64,000 nucleotides of DNA from a virus. The position numbers and the translations under genes were made by a program. Positions 1 through 10,339 of the stretch are shown here, one piece after another. The DNA lies in the IMG/VR virus record IMGVR_UViG_2838114448_000001; one strand, 5' to 3'. Position 1 is the stretch's first letter. Each line of letters begins with the position of its first letter. The notes beneath the pieces were generated by a model that did not search any database, had not been told where the DNA came from, and saw nothing but the letters and a program-made list of their open reading frames with translations.

Positions 1-1
1 T

Positions 2-166
2 ACCCTGCATATAGTCGGCCAGTGTCTTGGCCGGCGACCACAGGATATGGTCGACCGACTGGATCTCGGGCTGAAGGACGTTGTAGACGATATGACAACG
101 GAACGACGGAAGCGTGTCAGTCGGCGCGGGCAGGTTCGTCGTGGTGCGGCAGATCGGCGAAGTCAT
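2..166 (-). CDS. N-terminal part of a probable tail-tip/host-specificity protein (runs off the window)
   Basis: Open frame MTSPICRTTTNLPAPTD... from ATG at 166 overlapping the end of the NlpC/P60 gene; position in a lambda-like tail-tip order. Confidence 0.4.
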   Translation of the reverse strand, partial: MTSPICRTTTNLPAPTDTLPSFRCHIVYNVLQPEIQSVDHILWSPAKTLADYMQG

Positions 167-536
167 AGAAGCCCAAAACCCTTTGTTTCCAGTGGCTTAG
201 TCGTTCGATACACACGCCGCCGGTCCCCTCCCAGGTGTGGATGAACCGATCGTGCCGCAGAACCAGACCGACGTGCGCGCCGTACCCCTTGATGCGAAAC
301 GTTACGGCGGCGCCGGGCCGGGACTCGATGGGCGTCCACCGCCAAAGGCCGTCCGCGAGCGCGGCCGCGATGTCGTGCAGTCGCGTCGGGCTGCGATAGT
401 CCGGCAGCATCACGCCTTTGCGCCGATACAGCTCCATCAGAAGCCCATAACAGTCGAAGCTGTCGGGGCCTCGCCCGCCGTAAGCGAAGGGTTTTCCGAT
501 CAAATCCAGTATAGCGGACTCAGGAAGATCAGTCAC
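117..536 (-). CDS. NlpC/P60 family tail-associated peptidase
   Basis: GKPFAYGGRGPDSFDCYGL and HVGL..FIH motifs. Confidence 0.9.
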   Translation of the reverse strand: MTDLPESAILDLIGKPFAYGGRGPDSFDCYGLLMELYRRKGVMLPDYRSPTRLHDIAAALADGLWRWTPIESRPGAAVTFRIKGYGAHVGLVLRHDRFIHTWEGTGGVCIERLSHWKQRVLGFYDFADLPHHDEPARAD

Positions 537-547
537 GGTTGATTTAC

Positions 548-1168
548 CTACGAGCGCAGCATGAGTCCCGGAAAGCCGCCGAAACGAAGATTGTTGCCGT
601 GCGCCGCACAGCCGTTATCGCCTTGCAGCGTGTAGTCGCAACTCGGCATGTCGCCGGCATATCCGCACTGCGGTCCCTTGTAACGCCAGGGGCAGCGATC
701 CCGGTACTGAAGCCGCGTCGGACAGCGCATGGTCAGGGGGTTCTCCGCACCCAGGGTGAAGCTCACCACGAACGAGCGGATGGACGCCTGGATCACCTTG
801 AAGCGTTCCGAGATTTCCGGCGGCGCATCGAGGGCGCCGCTGTTGATGACCAGAATCCGCGCCTCGAATCCGACGCCGCCGCCATACAACTCCATGGGCT
901 TGCTCAGCGCGTTCGTGTAGTCGGTGATCGACAGTGTGATGTTGGGCGTCTCGCCGGCGGCCGTCTCGGCGCCGACGGTGAAGTGGGTCGCGATGTAGGT
1001 CTGACCATTGAAGGTAATGTCCTCGTCGTTGCACACGGCGCGCATCGTCTCGACCAGCGTGTTCGTCACCGGGTCGACAATATCGACCTCCAGCGCGATC
1101 AGAAACGCGGTCTCGGAGTGGATCCGATTGGCCTCGATGATGGTTGCGACCGACAGATGGTTCGGCAT
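548..1168 (-). CDS. Minor tail (tail tip) protein, lambda gpL-like
   Basis: C-terminal CPWRYKGPQCGY..C..C..FGGFPG four-Cys motif. Confidence 0.85.
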   Translation of the reverse strand: MPNHLSVATIIEANRIHSETAFLIALEVDIVDPVTNTLVETMRAVCNDEDITFNGQTYIATHFTVGAETAAGETPNITLSITDYTNALSKPMELYGGGVGFEARILVINSGALDAPPEISERFKVIQASIRSFVVSFTLGAENPLTMRCPTRLQYRDRCPWRYKGPQCGYAGDMPSCDYTLQGDNGCAAHGNNLRFGGFPGLMLRS

Positions 1169-1169
1169 C

Positions 1170-1556
1170 TCACACCTCCTGAACGGTCAGACCCGAAACA
1201 TCCCAGCGGCCGCCGTGGACGCCGTCGTCCTGAAGAATCGAGCCCGTGTATTCGAACTTCATGGTGCTGCCGTCGGCGAAGCGCACGGGCACGACCTCAC
1301 CGGTGATCGGCAAGGTCAGATCGAAGGCCGTCGAGCCACCCCGCACTTCGTTCCAGAACGCTTCCAGGGTCGCCTTGTCGTCGTCGTAGATGTTGGTCAG
1401 CCCGAGCGTCCAGCTCCGGCGCGGCCGCCGGGTGAAGCGCGGCCGCGTGATCACATAGCCGCCCTCGGTCTCGGCGCGCATGGCCGGGTCCTGGTGGGTC
1501 TGCTCGAACTTCTTCGCGTCCAGACGGGCCTGAAGCGCGGGCGGAAAAGCCGTCAT
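1170..1556 (-). CDS. Minor/distal tail protein, lambda gpM-like
   Basis: Size, position after the tape measure, GG..F motif, ends in QEV. Confidence 0.7.
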   Translation of the reverse strand: MTAFPPALQARLDAKKFEQTHQDPAMRAETEGGYVITRPRFTRRPRRSWTLGLTNIYDDDKATLEAFWNEVRGGSTAFDLTLPITGEVVPVRFADGSTMKFEYTGSILQDDGVHGGRWDVSGLTVQEV

Positions 1557-2440
1557 GTGCCGAATGCTCCCTTCATACCCTCGCGGAACGCGCCGGGCTG
1601 ATTGGCGGCCTGAAGCACGATGTCGAGGATCATGCCGCGAGCGTCGAAACGCTGCTGACTCTTCGCATCGACCTGCTGGCCGGTCTGGTTGATCACATTG
1701 ACCTCGACCGGGCGGGCATTGTTCATACCCAGGGCCTTCATCTGGCCTTCTGTGAACACGCCCTCGCCGCGCCGAAGTTTGGCCGCCACCTCGTCGGAAC
1801 GCAGACCGGCGAACCCACCGTTGTGATAGCGCCGGGCCGAGGCGAACATCTTCTCGATCGGCTGCATGTTCTCGACGCCGGCGATGCCGCCGCTGTGGTA
1901 AATGCCGCCCAGTTGAGCGTTGCTTACGGTCGGCACGCGGTCACCCACTAAGCTCAACGGCGTGCTCACATTACTTGTGGCGCCCGTAGTGCCGAACAGG
2001 CCGCTCGTGATGCCGCTCAGCGCGTTGCCGATCCCATCCATAATCGAGGTGCCCATCTTAGCCGCGGCCGCCTGCACCTGGATGCGTAGGATGTCCGCCA
2101 GGATCGCCTCCGCGAAATCGGCAAAGGCGAACTTGCCCGTCTTGACGAAATTGACGAATCGATCGGTCAGGTCATCCAGCCAGTCGGCGCCGGCGTCACG
2201 CATCACGTTTGTGGTATCGCTCCACTCGCGAAACATCTTGGCGAAAGAGCTTTCAGTCGCGCGCTCCAGCTCAGCCTGCTTGGCGACGAGCCACGCCTGA
2301 TACTCTTCCTCAACCTCTCTGCGATCGGCGCCATACTGGACATACAGCTCGATGAGCCGGCGCTGCCGATCCACCTCAGTCTCGTACTGCTGCTGGGCGC
2401 GCTCGCGATCAACCTCGGCCAACGGCGCATAGGTGTTCAT
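1553..2440 (-). pseudogene. C-terminal fragment of the tail tape measure protein, apparently fused to the first ~10 codons of another gene
   Basis: FVKTGKFAFADFAEAILADI and YHSGG..DEV.AKL.RGEGV motifs of tape-measure C-termini; only 295 aa. Confidence 0.7.
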
Positions 2441-2441
2441 G

Positions 2442-3050
2442 TCACTCGTCCTTCTGCGCCTCGTTCGTCTCGGCCGCGAGCGCCGCGTTCAGAGCTTCGG
2501 CCATGTCGCCGATCTTGGCCGCGGCGTCCTTGGCCTTCTCGGGCTCGTCGATCCCCTCGACCACGACGTCGCCGTCGTTCATGTCTAGACGGTGCGTCTT
2601 GATCAGGCCGCGGGCCTCGCAGTAGCGATCCTCGGCGTCGAGGATGTCGTGGATCAGCTCGGCGATGCCGCGCCCCTTGACCTCCCACTTCTCGCCGATC
2701 TCGCGCAGCATCTTGATACCACCCTCATCCGCGATGGCGCCCAGCTCCTTCTCGGAATAGACGCGGGGCGGAAGGCCCTCAGCAACGGTCTTCGGCACCG
2801 GCGCCATGACCTGCTCCGGCAGGCCCCGCACCAGGGGCGAGATCACGGGGGCGACCTCGTTGTGCGCCTCGACCATGCGATCAGCCACGCCGGCGGCCTG
2901 GCCCTTCAGGTTCTCGATGCGAACGTTGGCGGCTAGGCGATCCAGCTCATAGGGCTCAACATCGCGCAGCGACACGCCGTTCTGAAACTCCACCAGGCCG
3001 AAATGCCCCGTGAAGGATTCAAAGCCCGGCTCGACGATCTTTACCTTCAT
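2442..3050 (-). CDS. Hypothetical virion protein downstream of the capsid gene
   Basis: 202 aa ORF with GGAG upstream; phage-typical codon use. Confidence 0.65.
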   Translation of the reverse strand: MKVKIVEPGFESFTGHFGLVEFQNGVSLRDVEPYELDRLAANVRIENLKGQAAGVADRMVEAHNEVAPVISPLVRGLPEQVMAPVPKTVAEGLPPRVYSEKELGAIADEGGIKMLREIGEKWEVKGRGIAELIHDILDAEDRYCEARGLIKTHRLDMNDGDVVVEGIDEPEKAKDAAAKIGDMAEALNAALAAETNEAQKDE

Positions 3051-3070
3051 ACGTTCACGCTCCTATGCGA

Positions 3071-3096
3071 AGGGGCGCGAGTTGCCCCGCGCCCCT
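3071..3096 (-). terminator. GC-rich hairpin after the major capsid gene (weak terminator or attenuator)
   Basis: AGGGGCGCG...CGCGCCCCT stem; short U-tract. Confidence 0.5.
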
Positions 3097-3135
3097 AAAT
3101 GATACGTCATATTTGATTTATCATCAACGCCACGA

Positions 3136-4038
3136 TTAGACGTTGCTGATCGCCCGCAGACGCGCCACCGAATGGGTCGCCTTCAGGGCACTGCCCACGT
3201 ACCACTTCACCCGCCAGCGTTCGGCGTCCTTGTTCTGGACGGTGCCGACGTTTTCCACGACGATGCCGGCGCTTTCGCCCCCATAAAGCATGTGAAAACC
3301 GTCGGTCTCGTTCAGGCGCAGCGCGTAGATCGACGTCAGATCATCTCCGGCGCCCTGGGTCTCGTCGGCGGTGATGTAGTTGTTGATGATGACCGGCTTG
3401 CCATTGTAAGCGGGAATCGACTGGCCGAAGTTCTCCAACATGATGTACTCCGGCGTGATGCCGCCGGTCGCGCGCAGCAGCGCACGAATGGCGCGCCAGG
3501 TGCCTTCGCGCATCATCAGGCAGTCCGCGCCCAGAGACACAGCGTCGATCAGCTCGTCGAGCGCCATCAGGCTCACGGCGCCGCCATCGTTACCCGCGAC
3601 CAGGGTCTGGTTCGCCGGCATCAGCTTCTTCAGACCGTCGAACTCCTTGGCGTTGACGCTGTTGTCGCCGTTGATGATGGTCCGGCGCAGCGCGCGGCCC
3701 AGGGCCTTCGCCTTCGCAGCGAGCTGGATGGCGAGCTGCGGATTGGCGTCCGACATGGTGGACATCAGGAACTTGTCGAGGTCGACGTCGCCGGCCAGGA
3801 TGCGCAGGCGCGTGACGACCTCCTCGAACGTCGCAGCACCTTCCGGTACGACATCGTAGGGATCCAGGAACTGGCCTTCGCTCAGCGTACCCTCGCGGTT
3901 GTAGGTGTACGCCTTGTTGTCCACACCCATGAACGGAAGAAACTGGAACAACTCGTCGCGGTCGATGATCTCTTCGATCACGCCACGCTCCATGAACTCC
4001 TCGGAGAGCTTTTCAGCCTCCACCTTCAGAAGCGGCAT
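3136..4038 (-). CDS. Major capsid protein
   Basis: 300 aa after the scaffold gene; EFDGLKKL, LDELIDAV and RVKWYVG motifs typical of HK97-fold capsid proteins. Confidence 0.9.
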   Translation of the reverse strand: MPLLKVEAEKLSEEFMERGVIEEIIDRDELFQFLPFMGVDNKAYTYNREGTLSEGQFLDPYDVVPEGAATFEEVVTRLRILAGDVDLDKFLMSTMSDANPQLAIQLAAKAKALGRALRRTIINGDNSVNAKEFDGLKKLMPANQTLVAGNDGGAVSLMALDELIDAVSLGADCLMMREGTWRAIRALLRATGGITPEYIMLENFGQSIPAYNGKPVIINNYITADETQGAGDDLTSIYALRLNETDGFHMLYGGESAGIVVENVGTVQNKDAERWRVKWYVGSALKATHSVARLRAISNV

Positions 4039-4130
4039 CTACTTTCTCCTGCCAAGTGAATAGTCCGTCGCCACAGACCTAAAGAGGCATCCATTATACG
4101 CTCGCCGAAAGAACTGCGCCAAGCGGAAAA

Positions 4131-4148
4131 TAAATCAAATGTGATTTA
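4131..4148. promoter_or_regulatory. Palindromic operator (family A) upstream of the capsid gene
   Basis: TAAATCA-AATG-TGATTTA. Confidence 0.75.
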
Positions 4149-4170
4149 CGTTCTCGCTTGGCGCGACGGC

Positions 4171-5067
4171 TTACTTCTTCCGCTTGTTGAGGGCGGCCTG
4201 GATGCGCGACGCTCCGTGCAGGCTCGACGTGGGCGCCGCCTTGGCATCACTGTCGGTCCCGCTTCCGGCGCCCGGCTTGATCTTGCTGCGCAGCAGCGAG
4301 CCACTGTCCGGGTCGTTTTCAATCAGAGACCGGATGGCGGCCTCGAAGCTCATCGTCTCGCCGGCGCCCGTCACCATCTTGGTGCGATCAGCGGCGCCAC
4401 GAGGCTTGTTGTAGGCGACCGGCCGCCCATCCTCGACATCGAAGTAACTGCCGTACAGAGCCCGCGCCTTCGAAGGCGGCAGCACGGTCTCGCCGGTGAT
4501 AAAGCCGCTGGTGTCGAAATTGCTGCCGATCGTCAGATCGTTGATCGTGTCCTCAGCCTGCGCCAGCGTGGCCTCAAGCTCAGCGACGCGGCCCTCGAAC
4601 GTCGCGGTCAGCTCGGCGACCTGGGTCTTCCAGGCGTCGATCTCCCGCGCGTGTTCGGTCTTCATCATGTCCCTGGCGCGCTCGAAGTCGCCGCGGGTCT
4701 CGGCGTCCTTCTGTTCGCGTTCCTGCTGCGCGCGCAGCAGCTCGCGCACCTGATCCGGGTCAATGCCGTCGAACCGCTTGAGCGCCGTCTGCGCGGCTTC
4801 CAGCGCCGTGGACAGCTCGGCGATCTTCTCCTTCTTCTGCATCACCTCATGCAGAAGCGAGGAATCCTCGCCCTTGTCGGTCTTGGCATCCTTGGTGCCC
4901 TTGTCGTCCGCGGCGCCGTTCTTGGCGCCCTCATCCGCGGTCTGACCGCCCTTGCCTTCCGGCTCGAAGCATACCCGCGGCCCGAACAGGCTCATGCCCA
5001 TAAGGGACAGCGCGCCCGAGGCGATGCCCGAGGCGATGATGGCGTCGTCCGTCGTCTTCTTCGTCAT
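4171..5067 (-). CDS. Capsid scaffolding protein
   Basis: Coiled-coil protein between portal and capsid genes; ends GAGSG...RIQAAL. Confidence 0.8.
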   Translation of the reverse strand: MTKKTTDDAIIASGIASGALSLMGMSLFGPRVCFEPEGKGGQTADEGAKNGAADDKGTKDAKTDKGEDSSLLHEVMQKKEKIAELSTALEAAQTALKRFDGIDPDQVRELLRAQQEREQKDAETRGDFERARDMMKTEHAREIDAWKTQVAELTATFEGRVAELEATLAQAEDTINDLTIGSNFDTSGFITGETVLPPSKARALYGSYFDVEDGRPVAYNKPRGAADRTKMVTGAGETMSFEAAIRSLIENDPDSGSLLRSKIKPGAGSGTDSDAKAAPTSSLHGASRIQAALNKRKK

Positions 5068-5155
5068 GATCGTTCCTCTTGTTGACCAGTCTCTCGGTCT
5101 GCGTCGTCGGGCCGGTCTCTTGGCCCAGGAGGTGCGGTGTGGCGATCCCGCACGG

Positions 5156-6745
5156 TCAGGACCCGGCGTCCGCGGTATTCCGCGTCACCTGGCCCTGGCG
5201 ATTCTGTTCTTCGGCATTGCGCGGCAGCTGATCCTGGCCCGCGCCACGGGCGGCCGCGCCGGCGCCGGCCTGCATCGTCTCAATCATGCCCTCGGCGGTC
5301 GGCGGCCAATCCTTCAGCTCGCGCTCGATCTCGGCGACCAGATCCTTGCTCAGCGCCGGGAAGAGCTTGTCCACAACATCTTTCATCTGCTCGCGCCGCA
5401 CCACGTCGGGCGCTTCGACCCGCGCCAGGCGTTCGGCGATGTCGAACTCGTCGTAGAGGCCGCGGGTGTCGAAGTCGCGCGGGTAGCGCACCAGGTCCGC
5501 CTCGTCATCGGCGCGACTCTTGCCGGCCCACAGCAGGATGAGATGCACAAGTTGGTTCTCGGCGCGATCGAGGGATTCCGCCTTGCTGACCAACAGACTA
5601 TTCAGGCGTTCGAAGTCATACGCCTTGGCGACGCCGGAGCTGTTGTCGATGCCGACGGCGTTGTCCTGCTTGGTCCGCTCGCCGGCCATGCCGACGGAGT
5701 GATAGATTTCGGAGATGATCTTGTTGATGACGCCGACGATGATCTCGGCCTGCTTGACGTCCGGTGAGATGTACATCGGCACCCCGCCGCCCTCGCCGTT
5801 GAACAGGAAGATCCGCTTGGTGCCCATCTCCAGCAACTTGACGTAATCGTCCTCACCCGGCATCAGGTTCTGCGCTGGCATGGCGAGCTGACTGAAGGTC
5901 TGGTCCTGAATGATGGCGTCCAGGTTCGACAGATAGTTGGCAACGGCCCGGTCCAGATAGGCCGTGTCGGCGATCATCGCGTCCGAGACGTACTTGCGTT
6001 CACCCAACATGTGATCGAGCGCGAAGCACGGCACCTGACCGAGATTGTGCATGGCCTCGTCCAGCAGCACGGCCTGGCCGGATCCGCGCTTCTGCTTATT
6101 GACCTTAAACAGATGCCAGGAATCCCGTGTCCACAGGCGGAACCGCTCCTCGACCTTACCATCCGCGCGCAGCGGATCCTCGTCGTTGCGGTGATACTCG
6201 CGCACCAGGATCCAATTCAGGTCCCCGGTCTCGGTGAAGCCCATGTCCATTGCGTCCTGAGGCTTCACGAAGTAGGAATAGAATCGCGTCTTGGCATCTT
6301 CGCTGATAGTCAGGGCGCCATCGCGCCGGTTGTTGTCGACGAACACCCACACCCGGCCGAACACGCTCGACCGATTGGCCAGCAGCTTCATGTACTGGTC
6401 GACGTTCAGCCCGGACAGTGTGGCGTTTTTCCAGAACGCCTGGACGACGCGATCAGCATCCTTGGTGTTGCGCGCGATCGGCGAGCGAAAGATGTACTTG
6501 TTCAAAAGATCAACGATTTCGCGCGTGTGATTGAACCGATAGGCGCGCGCAAGGCGGTCCTTGAACTCTGCGTCACCTTCCTTGATGTAATGGAAGATGT
6601 GGTCTTCGAACCAGGCGCGGCCGCCCCTGTAGGTCGCCTCCAGAAAATCCCAGTGCCCTACATTTTCCGCGTACTCCGGGTGGCGCCGCTTGATAAAGCG
6701 GCTCATCTCTTCGGAGTTGGGCAGATTTCCACTGAACAGGGGCAC
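5156..6745 (-). CDS. Portal protein
   Basis: 529 aa after terminase; RHPEY, RL.RA..FN and SGVAKAYDF motifs. Confidence 0.88.
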   Translation of the reverse strand: MPLFSGNLPNSEEMSRFIKRRHPEYAENVGHWDFLEATYRGGRAWFEDHIFHYIKEGDAEFKDRLARAYRFNHTREIVDLLNKYIFRSPIARNTKDADRVVQAFWKNATLSGLNVDQYMKLLANRSSVFGRVWVFVDNNRRDGALTISEDAKTRFYSYFVKPQDAMDMGFTETGDLNWILVREYHRNDEDPLRADGKVEERFRLWTRDSWHLFKVNKQKRGSGQAVLLDEAMHNLGQVPCFALDHMLGERKYVSDAMIADTAYLDRAVANYLSNLDAIIQDQTFSQLAMPAQNLMPGEDDYVKLLEMGTKRIFLFNGEGGGVPMYISPDVKQAEIIVGVINKIISEIYHSVGMAGERTKQDNAVGIDNSSGVAKAYDFERLNSLLVSKAESLDRAENQLVHLILLWAGKSRADDEADLVRYPRDFDTRGLYDEFDIAERLARVEAPDVVRREQMKDVVDKLFPALSKDLVAEIERELKDWPPTAEGMIETMQAGAGAAARGAGQDQLPRNAEEQNRQGQVTRNTADAGS

Positions 6746-6781
6746 GTCAGTCCTCGTCGTTTTTCAACACGCACGCCGCAT

Positions 6782-6803
6782 GATAAGTCAAATATGACTT
6801 ATC
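6782..6803. promoter_or_regulatory. Palindromic operator (family A) upstream of the portal gene
   Basis: GATAAGTCA-AATA-TGACTTATC, perfect 9-bp arms. Confidence 0.8.
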
Positions 6804-6810
6804 CACAAGG

Positions 6811-8136
6811 CTAGATCGAAAGACCGCCGACCTTCACGCGACAGGCCGGGTATTCGATGTCCGCGCAATAGCCGAGACCGTCGGCTGAGTGCTCTACGCC
6901 GAGCGACTTGTCGACCTCGCGCGTGCCGGGCTTGTAGATCGTCTGTTCCAGCGAGTTGATCAGGTGTCGGCAACGACGGTCGATGCGCAGGATGACGGTG
7001 CCGTCGGCCGCGCACAGGATCCGATTCACCGCGTTGACGCGATCAGCCACCGGCGGGTGCTTGCGCTTGTACTTCATGATCCGAAAACCGATCTCGCGCA
7101 GAATTTGCAGATCGGTCTCACCGCGAGTGTGCGCGCGGTTGGCGCCGGCCGAGTCCGGATAAAAGATGACCTGCTTGAGGTGACGCCAGTACCGGCGCGC
7201 CAACTCCTGCCCGGTCTCCTCCGTGTTGGAGCCGAACAGCACCAACTCATCCACCGCCCACAGCTCGCCGTTCGGCTGTGGCTGGAGGATCACCGACGAC
7301 ATAGGGTCGATGTTGAAGTCCTGTCCGACCCAAATGGGCAGTTTAGGATTGAATGCGAAATCGCCAAGGTGCTTGCGGCGGTCGAAGGCGTAGTAGACAC
7401 GCCCGCTCATCGTTTCGAACCGAGCGTTGAACTCCTGATTGAAGCTCTTCTCGTCCATGTCCGACTTCGCGGCCTCGATCTCCGAGGCCGGAATGAACGG
7501 CGACATCATGGTCGGGAACTGCCAGGAGCGCCACTGATTGCGTCGGCGCTGACCATCTTTGGTCAAATAGGTCTCGCCGCGCTGACCCAGCATGTAGAGA
7601 TCGTAGAACCAGTTGAAGCTCTTCGGTGTGCCGATGATCAGCGCCGTGCCGCGGGTGCTGGCCAGCGTCGGCCGCAGCACCTTGAACCAGGTGTCGGGCC
7701 GGATGTCCTGCGCCTCGTCGATCACCAGCACGTCGATACCCACGCCGCGCAGCGTGTCGGGCTTGTCGGCGCCCTTCAGCTCGATCCGGGTGCCGTTGAT
7801 CAGCACGATCTCCATGCGCGTCTCATGCGCGCGAGCGATCCACTCCGACGGCAGGGCCGCGATCATCTCGTGCCACATGATCTGACGGGCCATGCGGTAG
7901 GTCGGCGCCACGTACCAGATCAGCTTGCGCGGCCGGCGCGCTTCCTTGATCAGCGCCGCCTTGGACGTGACCGTCTTGCCCCAGCGCCGTCCGGCCACGA
8001 CTACCTTGAATCGGTGCCGATCGCGGAACACTTCGGCCTGGCCGGCGTGCAGGCTCAGGGCGTGCCGCGACGTGCGCACCTTCGGTGCCGGCGGCGGCGG
8101 GCCGGTCATCGGTATGACGGATGCGCGTAGCCTCAA
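6811..8136 (-). CDS. Terminase large subunit (true start may be ATG at 8109)
   Basis: AGRRWGKT Walker A, VIDEAQD Walker B, GTP coupling motif, GQDFN nuclease motif. Confidence 0.95.
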   Translation of the reverse strand: MRLRASVIPMTGPPPPAPKVRTSRHALSLHAGQAEVFRDRHRFKVVVAGRRWGKTVTSKAALIKEARRPRKLIWYVAPTYRMARQIMWHEMIAALPSEWIARAHETRMEIVLINGTRIELKGADKPDTLRGVGIDVLVIDEAQDIRPDTWFKVLRPTLASTRGTALIIGTPKSFNWFYDLYMLGQRGETYLTKDGQRRRNQWRSWQFPTMMSPFIPASEIEAAKSDMDEKSFNQEFNARFETMSGRVYYAFDRRKHLGDFAFNPKLPIWVGQDFNIDPMSSVILQPQPNGELWAVDELVLFGSNTEETGQELARRYWRHLKQVIFYPDSAGANRAHTRGETDLQILREIGFRIMKYKRKHPPVADRVNAVNRILCAADGTVILRIDRRCRHLINSLEQTIYKPGTREVDKSLGVEHSADGLGYCADIEYPACRVKVGGLSI

Positions 8137-8759
8137 AGATCAACCTCCGGGACGTCGGAAAGATCCACGTCCACGTCGAGACCGTCGCCCTCATCCTGTC
8201 GGCGCAGCTCATCCACCTCATTGTCGGTCAGATCGCGAATGACCAGCTCCGGCAGCTCGGCCATGTCGATGTCGCTGGGCACATCCAGAATCTCCCAACG
8301 CTCCTGACGGCCGCGGGCGATGATCTCCATGGCGTTTCGGATCGCCTTCAGATCACCCTCGGCGTCCGACAGCGGCGTGCCGTCCTTCTGCGCCTTGAGC
8401 ACCCGGCTCATGGCCAGCTTGGACAGAGCCGCGGACCACTCGTAATGCTCCTTCTTGGTGTCGTTGATCCGCTTCTTGCGCAGCTCGGCGCCGTCTAGGG
8501 CGTCCTTGACCGCAGTCTCCCGGACGGCCTCGGAGACTGCCTCAGAAACGGAACGGGCATGTTCCGCGGCCCGGCGCCCCTTGGTCGCGCCGCGGCTCTT
8601 CAGCCCCAGGCTCAACGCGGTCTCGCTGATCCCGAACTCAGCCGACAGGTCCGCGAGCCGGACAGCACCAAGCTCCCACTTCTCCACCGCCAAGGCCCAT
8701 TGAGCCGGGGTGAGCTTGCGGCCTGTCTTCTTCTCGCCGGGTTCAGTCTCTGCGGGCAT
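8133..8759 (-). CDS. Probable terminase small subunit (N-terminal HTH)
   Basis: Directly upstream of terL; LADLSAEFGISETAL HTH; start taken at MPAETE. Confidence 0.7.
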   Translation of the reverse strand: MPAETEPGEKKTGRKLTPAQWALAVEKWELGAVRLADLSAEFGISETALSLGLKSRGATKGRRAAEHARSVSEAVSEAVRETAVKDALDGAELRKKRINDTKKEHYEWSAALSKLAMSRVLKAQKDGTPLSDAEGDLKAIRNAMEIIARGRQERWEILDVPSDIDMAELPELVIRDLTDNEVDELRRQDEGDGLDVDVDLSDVPEVDL

Positions 8760-9146
8760 TAAATCAGCTCTGATGTAATAAAAAGGGCAGACTTTGGCGC
8801 CCACCCATATCGTCTGCAAGGAGAGGGGTTCTGGGAACCATTGCAAGTGTGATGCAATTGTTCCGCAAAGTCAATCAATTTTGATTTACGTTCGGCGACA
8901 CCAAGATGAGAGGCCGGATCATCTTGAACGCCGGACCGAGATTTGAGCCGGATGATGTTGGTGGGCCGGAGAGGTCTGCTGAGTTCGGATTTTACCGGGC
9001 GTTTTGACCCGTGCCCGTTTAAGAGTCTCTAATTGTTATTCTCTTATATTTTTTGATTCATGACTCATTACGTTTTATTCTGCCCGTCTCAGTCTTCGAC
9101 GAACATAATATAGACACGGGTCGTTATCGTGCGCAGGGTTTTTGCG

Positions 9147-9407
9147 TCACCGGAAGATCCGATACCCGGAAAGTGTCGGTTTTACAATGACTTGTCGTCG
9201 AGAAAAAATTTTCTCGTAGCTGCGGACGAGGACCCCGTGCTGCTCCAGATAGCGGATTGAACTCTGGATGGCCTGAAGGGTCACGTCCGGTCCATACGAC
9301 ATCTTTTCCTTGAGGCCCCGGATCGTCAAAACTTCTCCGGCGTCGGTCGCCTCCAGCACGCACTTCATGATCTCGCGCTGCTTGGGTGTGAGCGCGAGCC
9401 GGCTCAT
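9147..9407 (-). CDS. Small winged-helix DNA-binding protein
   Basis: LTPKQREI...SIRYLEQHGVL pattern. Confidence 0.6.
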   Translation of the reverse strand: MSRLALTPKQREIMKCVLEATDAGEVLTIRGLKEKMSYGPDVTLQAIQSSIRYLEQHGVLVRSYEKIFSRRQVIVKPTLSGYRIFR

Positions 9408-10339
9408 GCGTCTAGCCTCGTCAAATCCAGGGGCTCATACGGCTTCTGCCAGCCGAACGCCGTCAGCGGCAGGCTCTGGGGTAAACTCTCCCGGCCGGCG
9501 TCCGGATTCATGTAGAGGCCGTACATGGGTGAGGCAAGCACGAGCTGCTGAAGCGCCTTGACGATGGAGTGGATGTCCATCTTGGCCACGCGCTCGGCGC
9601 CCTTCTCGCGGTTGTTGCCGGTCTTCTCCAACGCGGAGTGCCGGTAGTAGAACTCGCGCCCGGCCTGGATCATGCGCTCGCGCACCGGCGCATCGGCGCT
9701 TTCGATTTCCTGAATGATCAGTTCGGAATCCGCCGGGTTGGCCGCGAACGTCGAGCGAAAGAACCGCAGCCCGATGTCATATTTGCTGGCGTTCTGCGGC
9801 CGGACGAACGTGAAGCCCGCCTTCGGGCCGAACTGGTTGAACTTGCTCATCGAGGACTGGATCTCGATGAGCCGGCGGCCCTCCAGACGCGCGACCAGGT
9901 TCATCATCCGGTAGCCGATACCCACGCCGCGGAACTGGGTGTCGGTCACGAAGCGCGACACGACCCGGATGTTGTCGTTGATCCAGTCGGTGCGGTAGCG
10001 GTTCGTGAACCAGGTCTCCTTGCCGCCGGGCTTGATCTTGGACAGCGCCACATGCCGCTCGCGCAGCATCAGCTTGGGCAGCCCGATCACCAGCACGGCG
10101 ATGGTCCGGTCGCCCAGGCGCAGGCGCCAGAACTTCGGTCCCATCGGCAGGTTCTCGGCCTTGTAGTGCAGATTGTGCAGCAGGTCCCAATCGACCTTTG
10201 CGCCCCGCTCGACGATCATGTCGTCCAGCAGCGCAAAGCGCGCGCTGGGTGCGCGCCGACGCTCGACGTGCGTCGTTGCATCACTCTCGCTGAGACGCGC
10301 ACCAGGGGCGCTCCCTGTGATGATGTCGCGCAATTCCAT
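9404..10339 (-). CDS. GNAT-fold (Mom-like) acetyltransferase
   Basis: LHY and SRFVTDTQFRGVGIG acetyl-CoA motif; SSMSKFNQF..KAGF. Confidence 0.75.
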   Translation of the reverse strand: MELRDIITGSAPGARLSESDATTHVERRRAPSARFALLDDMIVERGAKVDWDLLHNLHYKAENLPMGPKFWRLRLGDRTIAVLVIGLPKLMLRERHVALSKIKPGGKETWFTNRYRTDWINDNIRVVSRFVTDTQFRGVGIGYRMMNLVARLEGRRLIEIQSSMSKFNQFGPKAGFTFVRPQNASKYDIGLRFFRSTFAANPADSELIIQEIESADAPVRERMIQAGREFYYRHSALEKTGNNREKGAERVAKMDIHSIVKALQQLVLASPMYGLYMNPDAGRESLPQSLPLTAFGWQKPYEPLDLTRLDA

